From Macrostomum hystrix (Eukaryota; Animalia; Platyhelminthes): a stretch of DNA of 64,000 nt. The DNA lies in NCBI GenBank assembly GCA_950097015.1, contig CATNEN010000038.1, positions 18,414,001-18,478,000 on the forward strand, in the 5' to 3' direction. The notes below the pieces were generated by a model. That model was not told the origin of the DNA and did no database searches. It was given only the letters and a program-made list of their open reading frames with translations. Position numbers and translations under genes: made by a program. This document shows positions 55,201 through 62,894 of the stretch, one piece after another. How positions within the stretch are numbered: position 1 is the first letter of the stretch; each line of letters begins with the position of its first letter.

Positions 55201-58200
55201 AGATGTGGAGAAGAACGCGGATCTGAGAGAAGAGAAGAATGGGGATCTGAGAGAAGAGAAGAATGGGGATCTGAGAGAAGAGAAGAATGGGGATCTGAGA
55301 GAAGAGAAGAATGGGGATCTGAGAGAAGAGAAGAATGGGGATCTGAGAGAAGAGAAGAATGGGGATCTGAGAGAAGAGAAGAATGGGGATCTGAGAGAAG
55401 AGAAGAATGGGGATCTGAGAGAAGAGAAGAATGGGGATCTGAGAGAAGAGAAGAATGGGGATCTGAGAGAAGAGAAGAATGGGGATCTGAGAGAAGAGAA
55501 GAATGAGGATCTGAGAGAAGAGAAGAATGGGGATCTGAGAGAAGAGAAGAATGGGGATCTGAAAGAATAGAAGAATGGGGATCTGAGAGAAGAGAAGAAT
55601 GGGGATCTGAGAGAAGAGAAGAATGGGGATCTGAGAGAAGAGAAGAATGGGGATCTGAGAGAAGAGAAGAATGAGGATCTGAGAGAAGAGAAGAATGAGG
55701 ATCTGAGAGAATAGAAGAATGGGGATCTGAGAGAAGAGAAGAATGGGGATCTGAGAGAAGAGAAGAATGAGGATCTGAGAGAAGAGAAGAATGAGGATCT
55801 GAGAGAATAGAAGAATGGGGATCTGAGAGAAGAGAAGAATGGGGATCTGAGAGAATAGAAGAATGGGGATCTGAGAGAAGAGAAGAATGGGGATCTAAAG
55901 AGCCTTTTACTTTACAAAAGCATTGTTAACAGGGCGCAGAGCATTCTGATCAGGATCTTATCAGGATCTTATAGTTCTTATAGTGACTATCCATCTATCC
56001 AGTGTACGGCCGCTGTTGACATAAAGCAAATATGTTTCTTTTGAGTTGTCGGGTCTCATACATCCATTTGTATTTGTTAATCTTTTGAAAAATTTTCTTA
56101 ATCCTTTTTAAAGCCGGCGTGGTTTTCACACCTGCGTTCGATTCTCATTTTTTAAACGATACGTTGGATCAGGTTAAATAAATAGACAAAAGAAGACGGA
56201 GAGTTTCATTTTGTTTACACTGGATTATAGAATTTGAGGAATAGTGAATTCTCCCCCATCCCATTTCGTTTGTTCAGATAGCTGGCCTAATAATTTGCTT
56301 TTTGGCATCGTTTAGCGAATTCTCTTTAAGATAAATGCATGCTATTCATGCTAAACCTTCATTTTTCCCGTATCTTCATATCTGCTCCTCTGGGGATAAT
56401 TTTCCCGTTTCTAATGCCGTTTATGAAATCCTCAACCAGCCTCACCCAACAATGGGAATCTTCGAGAAGCAGCTCTTGTGTGTTTCTTCCTTGCCTCTTG
56501 GCTCTCTTTAAATACAAGGAATTTAATCATGAGAATTTGCTTTGCTGAACCCTCTGCCGTGTGCCAAGCTTTCTGCCTTCTGAAATTCAACCTCAACTGA
56601 GGCCATTGTTTGCCGCAGCCTCTTTAGCCTCATCAATTTACCTGTATTATTTGGCCTACTCAAATTGTCTGCTTCCCCCCTGCAGTCTTAATTGCCAACT
56701 CCCATGCAACAACCCCATAAAAAGCCTCTATTGTGTCTCCAGTTTCTCCTTTCATGGTTGTCAACAAGGCTCTTCAGATGAGAAAATTGCCAGTCTAAGA
56801 TTGCCTCTTTTGTACAAAATCCAAAAGAAATGTAGGACTATTGTTCCTTGTTGTTTACTGTCTCCTCCATTTCGTCTAGTCTTTCCCCTGTCTCATCTCT
56901 CCCCGTATCTCATCTCTCTCCCGTGTCTCATCTCTCACGTGTCTCATCGCTCTCGTGTCTCATCAATCCCGTGTCTCATCTCTTCCGTGTCTCATCTCTC
57001 CCGTGTCTCATTAATCCCGTGTCTCATCTCTCTCGTGTCTCATCAATCCCGTGTCTCATCTCTTCCGTGTCTCATCTCTCCCGTGTCTCATCAATCCCGT
57101 GTCTCATCTCTCCCCGTGTCTCATCAATCCCGTGTCTCATCTCTCCCCGTGTCCCATCTCTCCCGTGTCTCATCTCTCCCGTGTCTCATTAATCCCGTGT
57201 CTCATCTCTCCCCGTGTCTCATCAATCCCGTGTCTCATCTCTCCCCGTGTCCCATCTCTCCCGTGTCTCATCTCTCCCGTGTCTCATTAATCCCGTGTCT
57301 CATCTCTCCCGTGTCTCATCTCTCCTCGTGTCTCATCTCTCCCCGTGTCTCATCTCTCCCCGTGTCTCATCTCTCCCGTGTCTCATCTCTCCCGTGTCTC
57401 ATTAATCCCGTGTCTCATCTCTCCCGTGTCTCATCTCTCCCGTGTCTCATCTCTCCCCGTGTCTCATCTCTCCCCGTGTCTCATCTCTCCCGTGTCTCAT
57501 CTCTCCCGTGTCTCATCTCTCCCGTGTCTCATCTCTCCCGTGTCTCATTAATCCCGTGTCTCATCTCTCCCCGTGTCTCATTAATCCCGTGTCTCATCTC
57601 TCCCGTGTCTCATTAATCCCGTGTCTCATCTCTCCCCGTGTCTCATTAATCCCGTGTCTCATCTCTCCCCGTGTCTCATCTCTCCCCGTGTCTCATCTCT
57701 CCCGTGTCTCATCTCTCCCGTGTCTCATCTCTCCCGTGTCTCATCTCTCCCCGTGTCTCATCTCTCCCGTGTCTCATTAATCCCGTGTCTCATCTCTCCC
57801 GTGTCTAATTAATCCCGTGTCTCATCTCTCCCGTGTATCATCTCTCCCGTGTCTCATCTCTCCCGTGTCTAATCTCTCCCGTGTCTCATTAATCCCGTGT
57901 CTCATCTTTCCCCGTGTCTCATCTCTCCCCGTGTCCCATCTCTCCCCGTGTCTCATCTCTCCCCGTGTCTCATCTCTCCCGTATCTCATCTCTCCCGTGT
58001 CTCATCTCTCCCGTGTCTCATCTCTGCCGTGTCTCATCTCTCCCGTGTCTTAAATCTCCCGTGTCTCATCTCTCCCGTGTCTCAGCTCTCCCGTGTCTTA
58101 AATCTCCCCGTGTCTCATCAATCCCGTGTCTCATCTCTCCCTGTGTCTCATCAATCCCGTGTCTCATCTCTCCCCGTGTCCCATCTCTCCCGTGTCTCAT

Positions 58201-61200
58201 CTCTCCCGTGTCTTAAATCTCCCGTGTCTCATCTCTCCAGTGTCTCATCTCTCCCGTGTCTCATCTCTCCCGTGTCTTAAATCTCCCGTGTCTCATCTCT
58301 CCCCGTGTCTCATCTCTCCCCGTGTCTCATCTCTCCCGTGTCTCAGCTCTCCCGTGTCTTAAATCTCCCGTGTCTCATCTCTCCCCGTGTCTCATCTCTC
58401 CCGTGTCTCAGCTCTCCCGTGTCTTAAATCTCCCGTGTCTCATCTCTCCCCGTGTCTCATCTCTCCCGTGTCTCAGCTCTCCCGTGTCTTAAATCTCCCG
58501 TGTCTCATCTCTCCCCGTGTCTCATCTCTCCCCGTGTCTCATCAATCCCGTGTCTCATCTCTCCCGTGTCTCATCTCTCCCGTGTCTTAAATCTCCAGTG
58601 TCTCATCTCTCCCCGTGTCTCATCTCTCCCGTGTCTTAAATCTCCCGTGTCTCATCTCTCCCCGTGTCTCATCTCTCCCCGTGTCTCATCTCTCCCCGTG
58701 TCTCATATCTCCCCGTGTCTCATCTCTCCCGTGTCTTAAATCTCCCGTGTCTCATCTCTCCCGTGTCCCATCTCTCCCCGTGTCTCATCTCTCCCGTGTC
58801 TCAGCTCTCCTGTATCCCATCTCTCCCGTGTCTCAACTCTCCATTGTCTCATCCCTCCTCGTACCTCATCTCTCCTCGTACCTCATCTCTCCTCGTACCT
58901 CATCTCTCCTCGTACCTCAACTATCCTCCAATCTCATATTTCCTAAGTCTTGTCTCTCTTGTGAATTTTGGCTGCAGTCAGTGTTTTTTCTCCGTTTGCC
59001 TAGTGTGCAATATAAAGAGGCGAAAATAGCCTAGAGGTTATATAACTTAAATCTATTCGAATCTAAACTGTTTTATTTTATGATCGAAATCTTTTTGCCA
59101 AATAGTTGGCGCCCCTGTGCCGTGTGTCAAGCAGCTCATATGTAGCGGGAACTCAATAATTTAATGCGGAGCTTTGGAATCGGAACGATTTTCTATACCT
59201 TTTGTTTGTCTTCTCTCTTTAGTTTTACTTCCTATTCATTTGATTTGTCTATATAGATTCACCTCTCTGCCTACCTTTTAGTCGCTTAATCCCTGACCAT
59301 TTCCGTCATTAACCAACCTCACCATTTGGCTCTCCCAGTCCTTTATGTACAGTTTGAGTTTAGCAACATCCGGGGGGGGAGACGTTTTAATTTTGCGGTG
59401 ACATTGTCTAATTCTCTGTCCCTAGGTGTAGATTGGAGGGACTGCATCACTGAGTCACGCGTGGCTTGGTGAATTCGAGCCGTTTTTATAATTATAGCTT
59501 TTATTTATTGGCACATTGTTTACATAAAATTTGCGCTTTGGTTTCGAGTGTTACTTTTAATTAGCTCTTGTTCATCTGGTTGCTGGACTTAGTCACTTCT
59601 ACGAGTACCTTCTGTCTATAGGTGGCTGAGTATCTCTTCTTCTTCTCATTTCCTTGCCTCTTGATCGCCCTATCCTCTCCTTTCTTCTCTTCTCATTTCC
59701 TCTCCTCTCCTCTACTCTCCTCTCCTCTCCTCTCATCTTCTCCCTCTCCTCTCCTCTCCCCTCCTTCCTCTCCTCTCCTCTCCTCTCCTCTACTCTACTC
59801 TCCTCTTCTCTTCTCCCCTTTCCTCTCCTCTCCTCTCCTCTCCTCTCCTCTCCTCTCCTCTCCCCTCCTTCCTCTCCTCTCCTCTCTCCTCTCCTCTACT
59901 CTACTCTCCTCTTCTCCCCTTTCCTCTCCTTTCCTCTCCTCTCCTCTCCTCTCCTCTCTCCTCTCTCCTCTTCTCCCCTTTCTTCTCCTTTCCTCTCCTC
60001 TCCTCTCCTCTCTCCTCTCTCCTCTTCTCTCCTTTCCTCTCCTCTCCTCTCCTCTCCTCTACTCTCCTCTTCTCCCCTCTCCTCTCCTCTCCTCTCCTCT
60101 CCTCTCCTCTCCTCTCCTCTTCTTTGTCAACAGTTGTCCGATCGCTCTTTCTAACCCATTTTCTATTAATCGTGCATAGTCATTCACACATACTCATAGC
60201 TCCGTAACTAAACTTTCCTGCTTTCGCTCCCCGCTCTCACTTATACTCTCCCTTATCTCTCTTTCTCTCTAATTCTATTATTCTCACTCTGGACTCAAGC
60301 TTTTCCAGCTGTTAAGCGTGTCCTATTTGAATTTCAGTCAGTCGATTCTATATATGTAATTAAATGCATTCCTAGATAAACTCATACTCACATTCACACT
60401 CACACTCTATACAAAATAGGCATGCTCCGAGAATATGCATGATGACTCACAGTGAGTGGACAGTATAGTGTTGGGTCTTATAGAAGCCTACATTGGAGGA
60501 ATTTTGCTATATTCAAAATACTGTGGAATATATATTTTAGCTCGTATTTGGATAGATTGTCAGTATGCTAGAAAGGATTAGAACACAATATACTCGTATA
60601 CGAACATTGCATAGTGGAAACGGTTAACACTAGAATATTTCTATTCCACAATCCTCACTCAAGTCACTTTCCCTTTCTCTTTTCATTTCTTTTGTGTTTG
60701 GGTCTCTGTCGATTATTTCTCAATATTGCTCCCAATATTACCCTCTTGGGAAGATCTTGAGTGGCTATTCTGGTCTAAGGCTATGTATATTATTGCGCCT
60801 CATGAATTTATTATTATTACGAGTATTAAAATTATGTAGAAATCAAATCAAAAGCACCGATAAGGTATTAAGCTGTTGTGGATTGTGGCATTTTTAGAGC
60901 AATCTAGATTCTTATTTATGCATCAATATTTTCATTTCAACCCACAGCCATTCTATTTCAAATCGATTGTTCAAGAAACAAAACATGAGACGAAAAAAAA
61001 CTATATTTTCATTGAAAAGTTATATATACTCCTATATCCAATTCTATCCTCGAGTTAAAAAAAGCCAAGACAGATTTAATCCACTCATAATCTGACCAAA
61101 ATTTTTGCTTTGCTCCATTTGCAAATCCTGTACAGTATGAAAACTACTAAAAAACATTATGCTACTGAGGAAACGATGCATCAGTAGCTTATTGGGACAT

Positions 61201-62879
61201 AATAATGATTTTTTAACTAACAGTTGGAAGTATACCGTGCCTTATCTCAACCGTATCGCATCTCTCCCGTGTCTCATCTCTCCCGTGTCTCATCTCTCCC
61301 CGTGCCTTATCTCAACCGTATCGCATCTCTCCCGTGTCTCATCTCTCCCGTGTCTCATCTCTCCCCGTGCCTTATCTCAACCGTATCGCATCTCTCCCGT
61401 GTCTCATCTCTCCCGTGTCTCATCTCTCCCCGTGCCTTATCTCAACCGTATCACATCTCTCCCGTGTCTCATCTCTCCAAGTGTCTCATCTCTCCCCGTC
61501 TCTCATCTCACCTAGTGTCTCATCTCACCTAGTCCTAGTGTCTCATCTCGCCCCGTGTCTCATCTCTCCCAGTGTCTCATCTCTTTAAGTGTCTCATCTC
61601 TCCCCGTCTCTCATCTCACCTAGTGTCTCATCTCTCCCCGTGTCTCATCTCTCCAAGTGTCTCATCTCTCCAAGTGTCTCATCTCTCCCCGTGTCTCATC
61701 TCTCCCCGTGTCTCATCTCCCCAAGTGTCTCATCTCCCCAAGTGTCTCATCTCTCCCAGTGTCTCATCTCTCCCAGTGTCTCATCTCTTTAAGTGTCTCA
61801 TCTCTCCCAGTGTCTCATCTCTCCCAGTGTCTCATCTCTCCCAGTGTCTCATCTCTCCCAGTGTCTCATCTCTCCCAGTGTCTCATCTCTCCCGTGTGTT
61901 ATCTCTCTCTTCTCTAATTTCTCCCGTCTCAAATTTTTCCCGTGTTTCATCTGTCTATACGGAAACAAGTTTTTGTGGTCGGTCACTGAATGCATTTGCA
62001 CATGCGGAAAAAAGTAGCCCTGTTAGAATCGTTAAATGTCTTGAAATTCTGAAGGGGTGGCAACCAGATTATTGTTATTTATCAAAAACATCATCCTCGA
62101 TCCTTGGCAGGATTGTCTCATCATCGCACACCCTTCGGCCGGCCCAAACTGGCGTGTGGACGAGGCTCATTCGGCCAGATTCTGAGCACTCTATTACCGT
62201 GCCTTTGCCTGAATACCAGCTATACGGTACGAATGCGTGCTATAAGAATTGTCACTTTTAACTGAATGGTGCTGATACTGATACCGCCATTGAATGGGTG
62301 CCAGCATCAGCTGGGATAATTGAAGGTGGGTGTGGCGTCCCCCCAGTCCATGGACTGAACAGCCGTTCGCAGCCTTCAGATGCACCGCGCAATAGCTGCG
62401 GCTGTGCTGTCGGCTACACATCTGATCCCAATAAGGGCAGGTTGAGTAATTTAGAAAAACAGTTTTATCCACGTTTTTTAGAGGTTAACGGATTTACGGA
62501 AAAGCGTTACATTTTACATTTCTATCATCACAGTTCATGTTTTTGTTAAAGTAAATTTAACTTATTTTGCAGACACTCTGATTGTTAATGTAACGATAAG
62601 CGATTCGTCAGCCTACACTCGCCTAGTGTCGCCTATGGACGCGCTGTCGCAGAATTTCTCATTGAGCATAGATTTACTGAGCTGCTTCTATTGGCACATT
62701 GCTAGCGCCAGTTGGAAAACTGACGGCTGCAAATCTTCTATGTTAGCGGCTGCCGAGACTGGCTTAGAGTGCCAGTGCAATCATTTGACCGCGTTCTCGG
62801 CACTTAGACTCGGCGCTGAGATGACTGACGGACTTGCTGGGAGACTGCTGGGCACTGAACCGCTCTTGCTGCAGCCTGG
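1070..62879 (+). CDS. Polycystin-1 family (PKD1-like / REJ-GAIN) receptor, partial; 27 exons, both ends outside window
   Basis: Hand-spliced join: 1070-1297, 5282-5591, 8087-8185, 9021-9266, 11437-11608, 17778-18142, 25962-26249, 26784-26923, 29007-29261, 29777-29968, 30049-30244, 32463-32732, 34594-35196, 36813-37088, 40086-40270, 40860-41163, 41236-41354, 44078-44256, 44417-44528, 46909-47029, 49345-49534, 49607-49669, 49747-50166, 50251-50370, 50443-50609, 62111-62226, 62573-62879. All junctions AG/GT, phases match, no stops. PKD, REJ and GPS motifs occur in the canonical order. Exact paralog not assignable. Confidence 0.9.
1817..5137. repeat. Minisatellite, 34 bp unit (ctcaggtagctgatacaatcctgaagtactgggt), about 97 copies
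   Basis: 34-nt periodicity, few variant positions. Confidence 0.97.
5282..5591 (+). CDS. Exon 2 (YSVENSAQSGRG...VNFTWELTC...DGVV)
   Basis: gcgcAG acceptor, GTGAGT donor, matches ORF 5287 frame, phase 1-2. Confidence 0.8.
5654..6530. repeat. Minisatellite, 17 bp unit (ctagtttactagattcc)
   Basis: Tandem copies. Confidence 0.95.
7248..7649 (-). mobile_element. tRNA-derived SINE, family A, full length with TSD
   Basis: Minus strand starts gggcggatagctcagtcag (A box) ... gggttcgactccc (B box); (TTA)n tail; 10-bp TSD ttaaacagta at 7238-7247 and 7650-7659. Confidence 0.88.
7812..8003 (-). mobile_element. tRNA-derived SINE, family B
   Basis: Minus strand gggcttgtagctatgcggttagagcg...ggttcgattccc; body shared with 18201, 25343, 53618 and 62292. 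Confidence 0.83.
8087..8185 (+). CDS. Exon 3 (NLSFQNRGSTQQRERRLQQQQQQLSLIYEIDTS)
   Basis: ttttatttgcAG acceptor, AG|GTGAGG donor, phase 2-2, open; symmetric, so not required by frame. Confidence 0.65.
8540..8910. repeat. Pyrimidine-rich low-complexity tract
   Basis: Degenerate C/T repeats. Confidence 0.85.
9021..9266 (+). CDS. Exon 4 (RLSSIWLNISSSQPDYIRCNATA...TERSFA)
   Basis: attttcAG acceptor, GTAAGT donor, 82 open codons, phase 2-2. Confidence 0.75.
9301..9975 (+). repeat. Minisatellite, 20 bp unit (ggaccattctagtggttgga)
   Basis: 20-nt periodicity. Confidence 0.95.
10915..11358 (-). repeat. Same 20 bp minisatellite family, inverted
   Basis: ggtcctccaaccactagaat is the exact reverse complement of the unit attctagtggttggaggacc. 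Confidence 0.92.
11437..11608 (+). CDS. Exon 5 (TPFTVVTLQQPAV...LVWLL...YIYSKS)
   Basis: tttgttgcAG acceptor, G|GTGAGA donor, phase 2-0. Confidence 0.78.
12125..12920. repeat. Minisatellite, 31/32 bp alternating units (63 bp dimer)
   Basis: gagttctcagatccctagactcattgtggggt tandem copies. Confidence 0.93.
13489..13581 (-). mobile_element. SINE family C internal fragment
   Basis: Matches the body of the 51548-51913 and 25567-25833 copies. Confidence 0.75.
13686..14263 (+). mobile_element. Long GC-rich tRNA-derived SINE, family D, with TSD
   Basis: Head gggcgagtggatcagcgg...gttcgattctc; (TAGA)n tail; 15-bp direct repeat gagatgtgattcagg at 13671-13685 and 14264-14278. Confidence 0.85.
15168..15555. 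repeat. (TCTCTG/TCTCTCTG)n microsatellite
   Basis: Direct. Confidence 0.95.
15955..16980. repeat. Compound satellite of ccgaat/ccgaaa hexamers with an about 60 bp higher-order unit
   Basis: Direct. Confidence 0.88.
17418..17695. repeat. Minisatellite, 21 bp unit (gtgggtcgatatggtcctgta)
   Basis: Direct. Confidence 0.93.
17778..18142 (+). CDS. Exon 6 (PAPGNYSLTAEI...FFWLPGDDSG), PKD-like
   Basis: tttctcAG acceptor, GTGAGT donor, phase 0-2; PGxY and WxxGD PKD motifs. Confidence 0.85.
18201..18413 (+). mobile_element. SINE family B copy
   Basis: A box tggcctagtg, B box ggttcgattc, shared body cagtccatggactgaacagcc. Confidence 0.82.
18826..20668. repeat. Minisatellite, 16 bp unit (ggaagagttccgttat)
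   Basis: Direct; 48-bp trimer structure in the 3' part. Confidence 0.96.
21130..22860. repeat. Minisatellite, 15 bp unit (ctattctatcctctc)
   Basis: Direct. Confidence 0.96.
23700..24195. repeat. Degenerate array built on ttcgttact
   Basis: Recurrent motif about every 15-25 nt. Confidence 0.8.
24822..24963 (+). mobile_element. SINE family C 3' fragment
   Basis: Reverse complement of the 51611-51770 segment; ends gggtctagtgtc. Confidence 0.8.
25343..25513 (+). mobile_element. SINE family B 5' part
   Basis: tagcctagcgg A box, ggttcgattccc B box, core ttcacccagctgttaaatgggtacc. Confidence 0.82.
25567..25833 (-). mobile_element. SINE family C copy
   Basis: Colinear with 51646-51913. Confidence 0.82.
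25962..26249 (+). CDS. Exon 7 (SPGTASFVHTYFRPGNYTL...TFFSL), PKD repeat
   Basis: HTYxxPGxY completes the PKD repeat begun in exon 6; AG|GTGAGA donor; phase 2-2. Confidence 0.87.
26290..26710. repeat. Minisatellite, 38 bp unit
   Basis: ggattgctaatctatgcaattagataaaggaatagaat. Confidence 0.93.
26784..26923 (+). CDS. Exon 8 (ARVNFGDGES...NFSHAFSA), PKD repeat
   Basis: ttttccttcAG, G|GTAAGT; NFGDG motif; phase 2-1. Confidence 0.88.
26973..27390. repeat. Minisatellite, 26 bp unit
   Basis: ctgtaatacagaatctgtaaactggt. Confidence 0.92.
28310..28660. repeat. Minisatellite, 25 bp unit
   Basis: gggagaattgtggaagagagataat. Confidence 0.88.
29007..29261 (+). CDS. Exon 9 (GRSYRVTVSL...YNVRWDFGDGTV), PKD repeat
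   Basis: ctgcAG, GTAAGT; canonical WDFGDG; phase 1-1. Confidence 0.9.
29325..29710. repeat. Minisatellite, 25 bp unit
   Basis: tctaacacgtctaacatctttagta. Confidence 0.93.
29777..29968 (+). CDS. Exon 10 (FNISHVYQTASFYRLKV...VNVFDRID)
   Basis: tttttcAG, GTAAGA; HVY..Y PKD motif; phase 1-1. Confidence 0.87.
30049..30244 (+). CDS. Exon 11 (SCTLIAADY...NARWII...YLRKFS)
   Basis: acttccAG, GTAAGT; follows an 80-nt intron; phase 1-2. Confidence 0.83.
30310..31400. repeat. Polypyrimidine minisatellite, about 19 bp unit
   Basis: ctcccatctctcctctcct. Confidence 0.95.
31861..32438. repeat. (AAATGGAATG)n, near perfect
   Basis: Direct; only two phase slips visible. Confidence 0.97.
32463..32732 (+). 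CDS. Exon 12 (FDATVSNEVSSV...LNWSFVVDG...SYNFP)
   Basis: ctaatctgacAG, AG|GTGAGG; VSNxVS PKD motif; phase 2-2. Confidence 0.87.
32860..34512. repeat. Minisatellite, 31-32 bp unit, with an internal block duplication (about 605 bp offset)
   Basis: cagtttcagctactaatcccatccctgatccc; rare variant ccccactttc recurs near 33140 and 33745. Confidence 0.95.
34594..35196 (+). CDS. Exon 13 (SGSYSVSVTAS...LPSNHPLGDYQAVARI...), PKD/REJ junction
   Basis: gttcAG, GTGAGT; 603 nt open (ORF 34616); phase 2-2. Confidence 0.87.
35258..36675. repeat. Minisatellite, 31 bp unit
   Basis: gttttgagacacctgacctggtttctaagga. Confidence 0.96.
36813..37088 (+). CDS. Exon 14 (SLNWSCTP...GGCF...LLSIP...YVFDF), REJ
   Basis: ttttcctttcAG, G|GTCAGC (weaker donor); WxC..GC..LxIP..YxF REJ pattern; phase 2-2. 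Confidence 0.82.
37200..38265. repeat. Pyrimidine-rich minisatellites, mainly 18 bp units
   Basis: tcttatcctgtcttcttc, then ccctgtcctctcttctcc. Confidence 0.93.
38506..38778. mobile_element. Non-autonomous hAT (Charlie/Buster-like) MITE, 273 bp
   Basis: TIRs caggggtcggcaaac / ggttgccgatccctg (13/15 match); perfect 8-bp TSD atctatct at 38498-38505 and 38779-38786; subterminal gggccgc motifs. Confidence 0.92.
40086..40270 (+). CDS. Exon 15 (LSIACSTCSP...LRFDWAL), REJ
   Basis: cctttAG, GTGAGT; IxCxxC and FxW REJ pattern; phase 2-1. Confidence 0.85.
40315..40840. repeat. Minisatellite, 29 bp unit
   Basis: gacccaccacctcattccctatccagtta. Confidence 0.93.
40860..41163 (+). CDS. Exon 16 (low-complexity REJ insert with KIRRRR, Gly-rich and Thr/Pro-rich segments)
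   Basis: ttctttcAG, AG|GTGAGC; phase 1-2, required for the frame between exons 15 and 17. Confidence 0.85.
41236..41354 (+). CDS. Exon 17 (FEFLIPAGKLKPNRRYLVGL), REJ
   Basis: gctaacttcAG, G|GTGAGT; LxIxxGxLxP..Y motif; phase 2-1; missed by the ORF track. Confidence 0.87.
41425..44020. repeat. Minisatellite, 31 bp unit, about 84 copies
   Basis: agattcattgatgatcacatgggataatgtc. Confidence 0.97.
44078..44256 (+). CDS. Exon 18 (GSECSIARPSGTAVLSDFTVHC), REJ
   Basis: aatccAG, GTGAGT; G..CxIxxPxGxA..FxVxC REJ motif; phase 1-0; start ambiguous among in-frame CAGs. Confidence 0.87.
44417..44528 (+). CDS. Exon 19 (HPFAYHF...AYSG...LRLPAG), REJ
   Basis: gcacAG, G|GTAAGT; PxxYxF..YxG..LPxG motif; phase 0-1. 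Confidence 0.87.
44731..46775. mobile_element. Foldback-like TIR element filled with a 16 bp satellite (gaagcttcacaagacc)
   Basis: Left end ggggaggctttcataagaccgaa is the inverted match of right end ttcggtcttctgaagccacccc; flanked by direct repeat aaataaa(g) at 44724 and 46776. Confidence 0.8.
46909..47029 (+). CDS. Exon 20 (VSVNVTVCSAFGFC...VSVEP), end of REJ
   Basis: cctaacccgcAG, GTGAGT; phase 1-2. Confidence 0.8.
49345..49534 (+). CDS. Exon 21, helical GAIN-A-like region
   Basis: tacttgcAG, CAG|GTGAGT; phase 2-0. Confidence 0.83.
49607..49669 (+). CDS. Exon 22 (TDQLVSLLARLLSTAKTTAIT)
   Basis: tttcttcAG, GTAAGT; flanked by 72- and 77-nt introns; phase 0-0. Confidence 0.8.
49747..50166 (+). 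CDS. Exon 23, GAIN region
   Basis: cttcAG, GAG|GTAAGT; 140 open codons; phase 0-0. Confidence 0.83.
50251..50370 (+). CDS. Exon 24 (MATPVVADVRVNC...ARNQ)
   Basis: attcttAG, CAG|GTAATG; phase 0-0. Confidence 0.8.
50443..50609 (+). CDS. Exon 25 (ASEFAG...GWLEIRLRCPP...AVINY)
   Basis: aatttcAG, AG|GTACGC; phase 0-2; different frame from the ORF 50432 call. Confidence 0.78.
51548..51913 (-). mobile_element. SINE family C, near full length
   Basis: Minus strand head tggcagagcgg...gttcgattcc; 3' gggtctagtgtc followed by a (TTA)n tract. Confidence 0.85.
52836..53449. repeat. Tandem array, 61 bp unit, 10 near-identical copies
   Basis: gattttcccctacatctgattctaacgccagttgggagcatgcccgactcgctatctagtc. 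Confidence 0.95.
53618..53758 (-). mobile_element. SINE family B 3' part
   Basis: Degenerate reverse complement of 62292-62452. Confidence 0.75.
53757..54440. repeat. Minisatellite, 21 bp unit
   Basis: agattatcccataagtcaagt. Confidence 0.93.
54960..55897. repeat. Minisatellite, 24 bp unit
   Basis: gagaagaatggggatctgagagaa; degenerate 5' edge grading into perfect copies. Confidence 0.95.
56890..58915. repeat. Minisatellite, 16-17 bp unit (cccgtgtctcatctct)
   Basis: Direct. Confidence 0.96.
59680..60120. repeat. (CTCCT)n polypyrimidine tract
   Basis: Direct. Confidence 0.93.
61235..61895. repeat. Second array of the gtgtctcatctctccc family
   Basis: Same core as the 56890 array, same orientation. 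Confidence 0.93.
62111..62226 (+). CDS. Exon 26 (IVSSSHTLRPAQTGVWTRL...EYQLY)
   Basis: ccttggcAG, G|GTACGA; phase 2-1 bridges exons 25 and 27. Confidence 0.72.
62292..62452 (+). mobile_element. SINE family B 3' part
   Basis: gggtgtggcgtccccccagtccatggactgaacagcc...cagatgcaccgcgcaatagctgcggctg shared with the 18201 copy. Confidence 0.8.
62573..62879 (+). CDS. Exon 27 with GPS motif (CFYW..WKTDGC..CQCNHL|TAF, 62683-62796)
   Basis: ttattttgcAG acceptor; textbook GPS consensus; donor GG|GTTAGC less certain. Confidence 0.92.
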
Positions 62880-62894
62880 GTTAGCCTCCCATAC

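Noticed and set aside
1070-62879. Assigning the symbol PKD1, PKD1L1 or PKDREJ
   Set aside because: N-terminus and TM region are absent and the sequence is divergent; orthology needs a phylogeny
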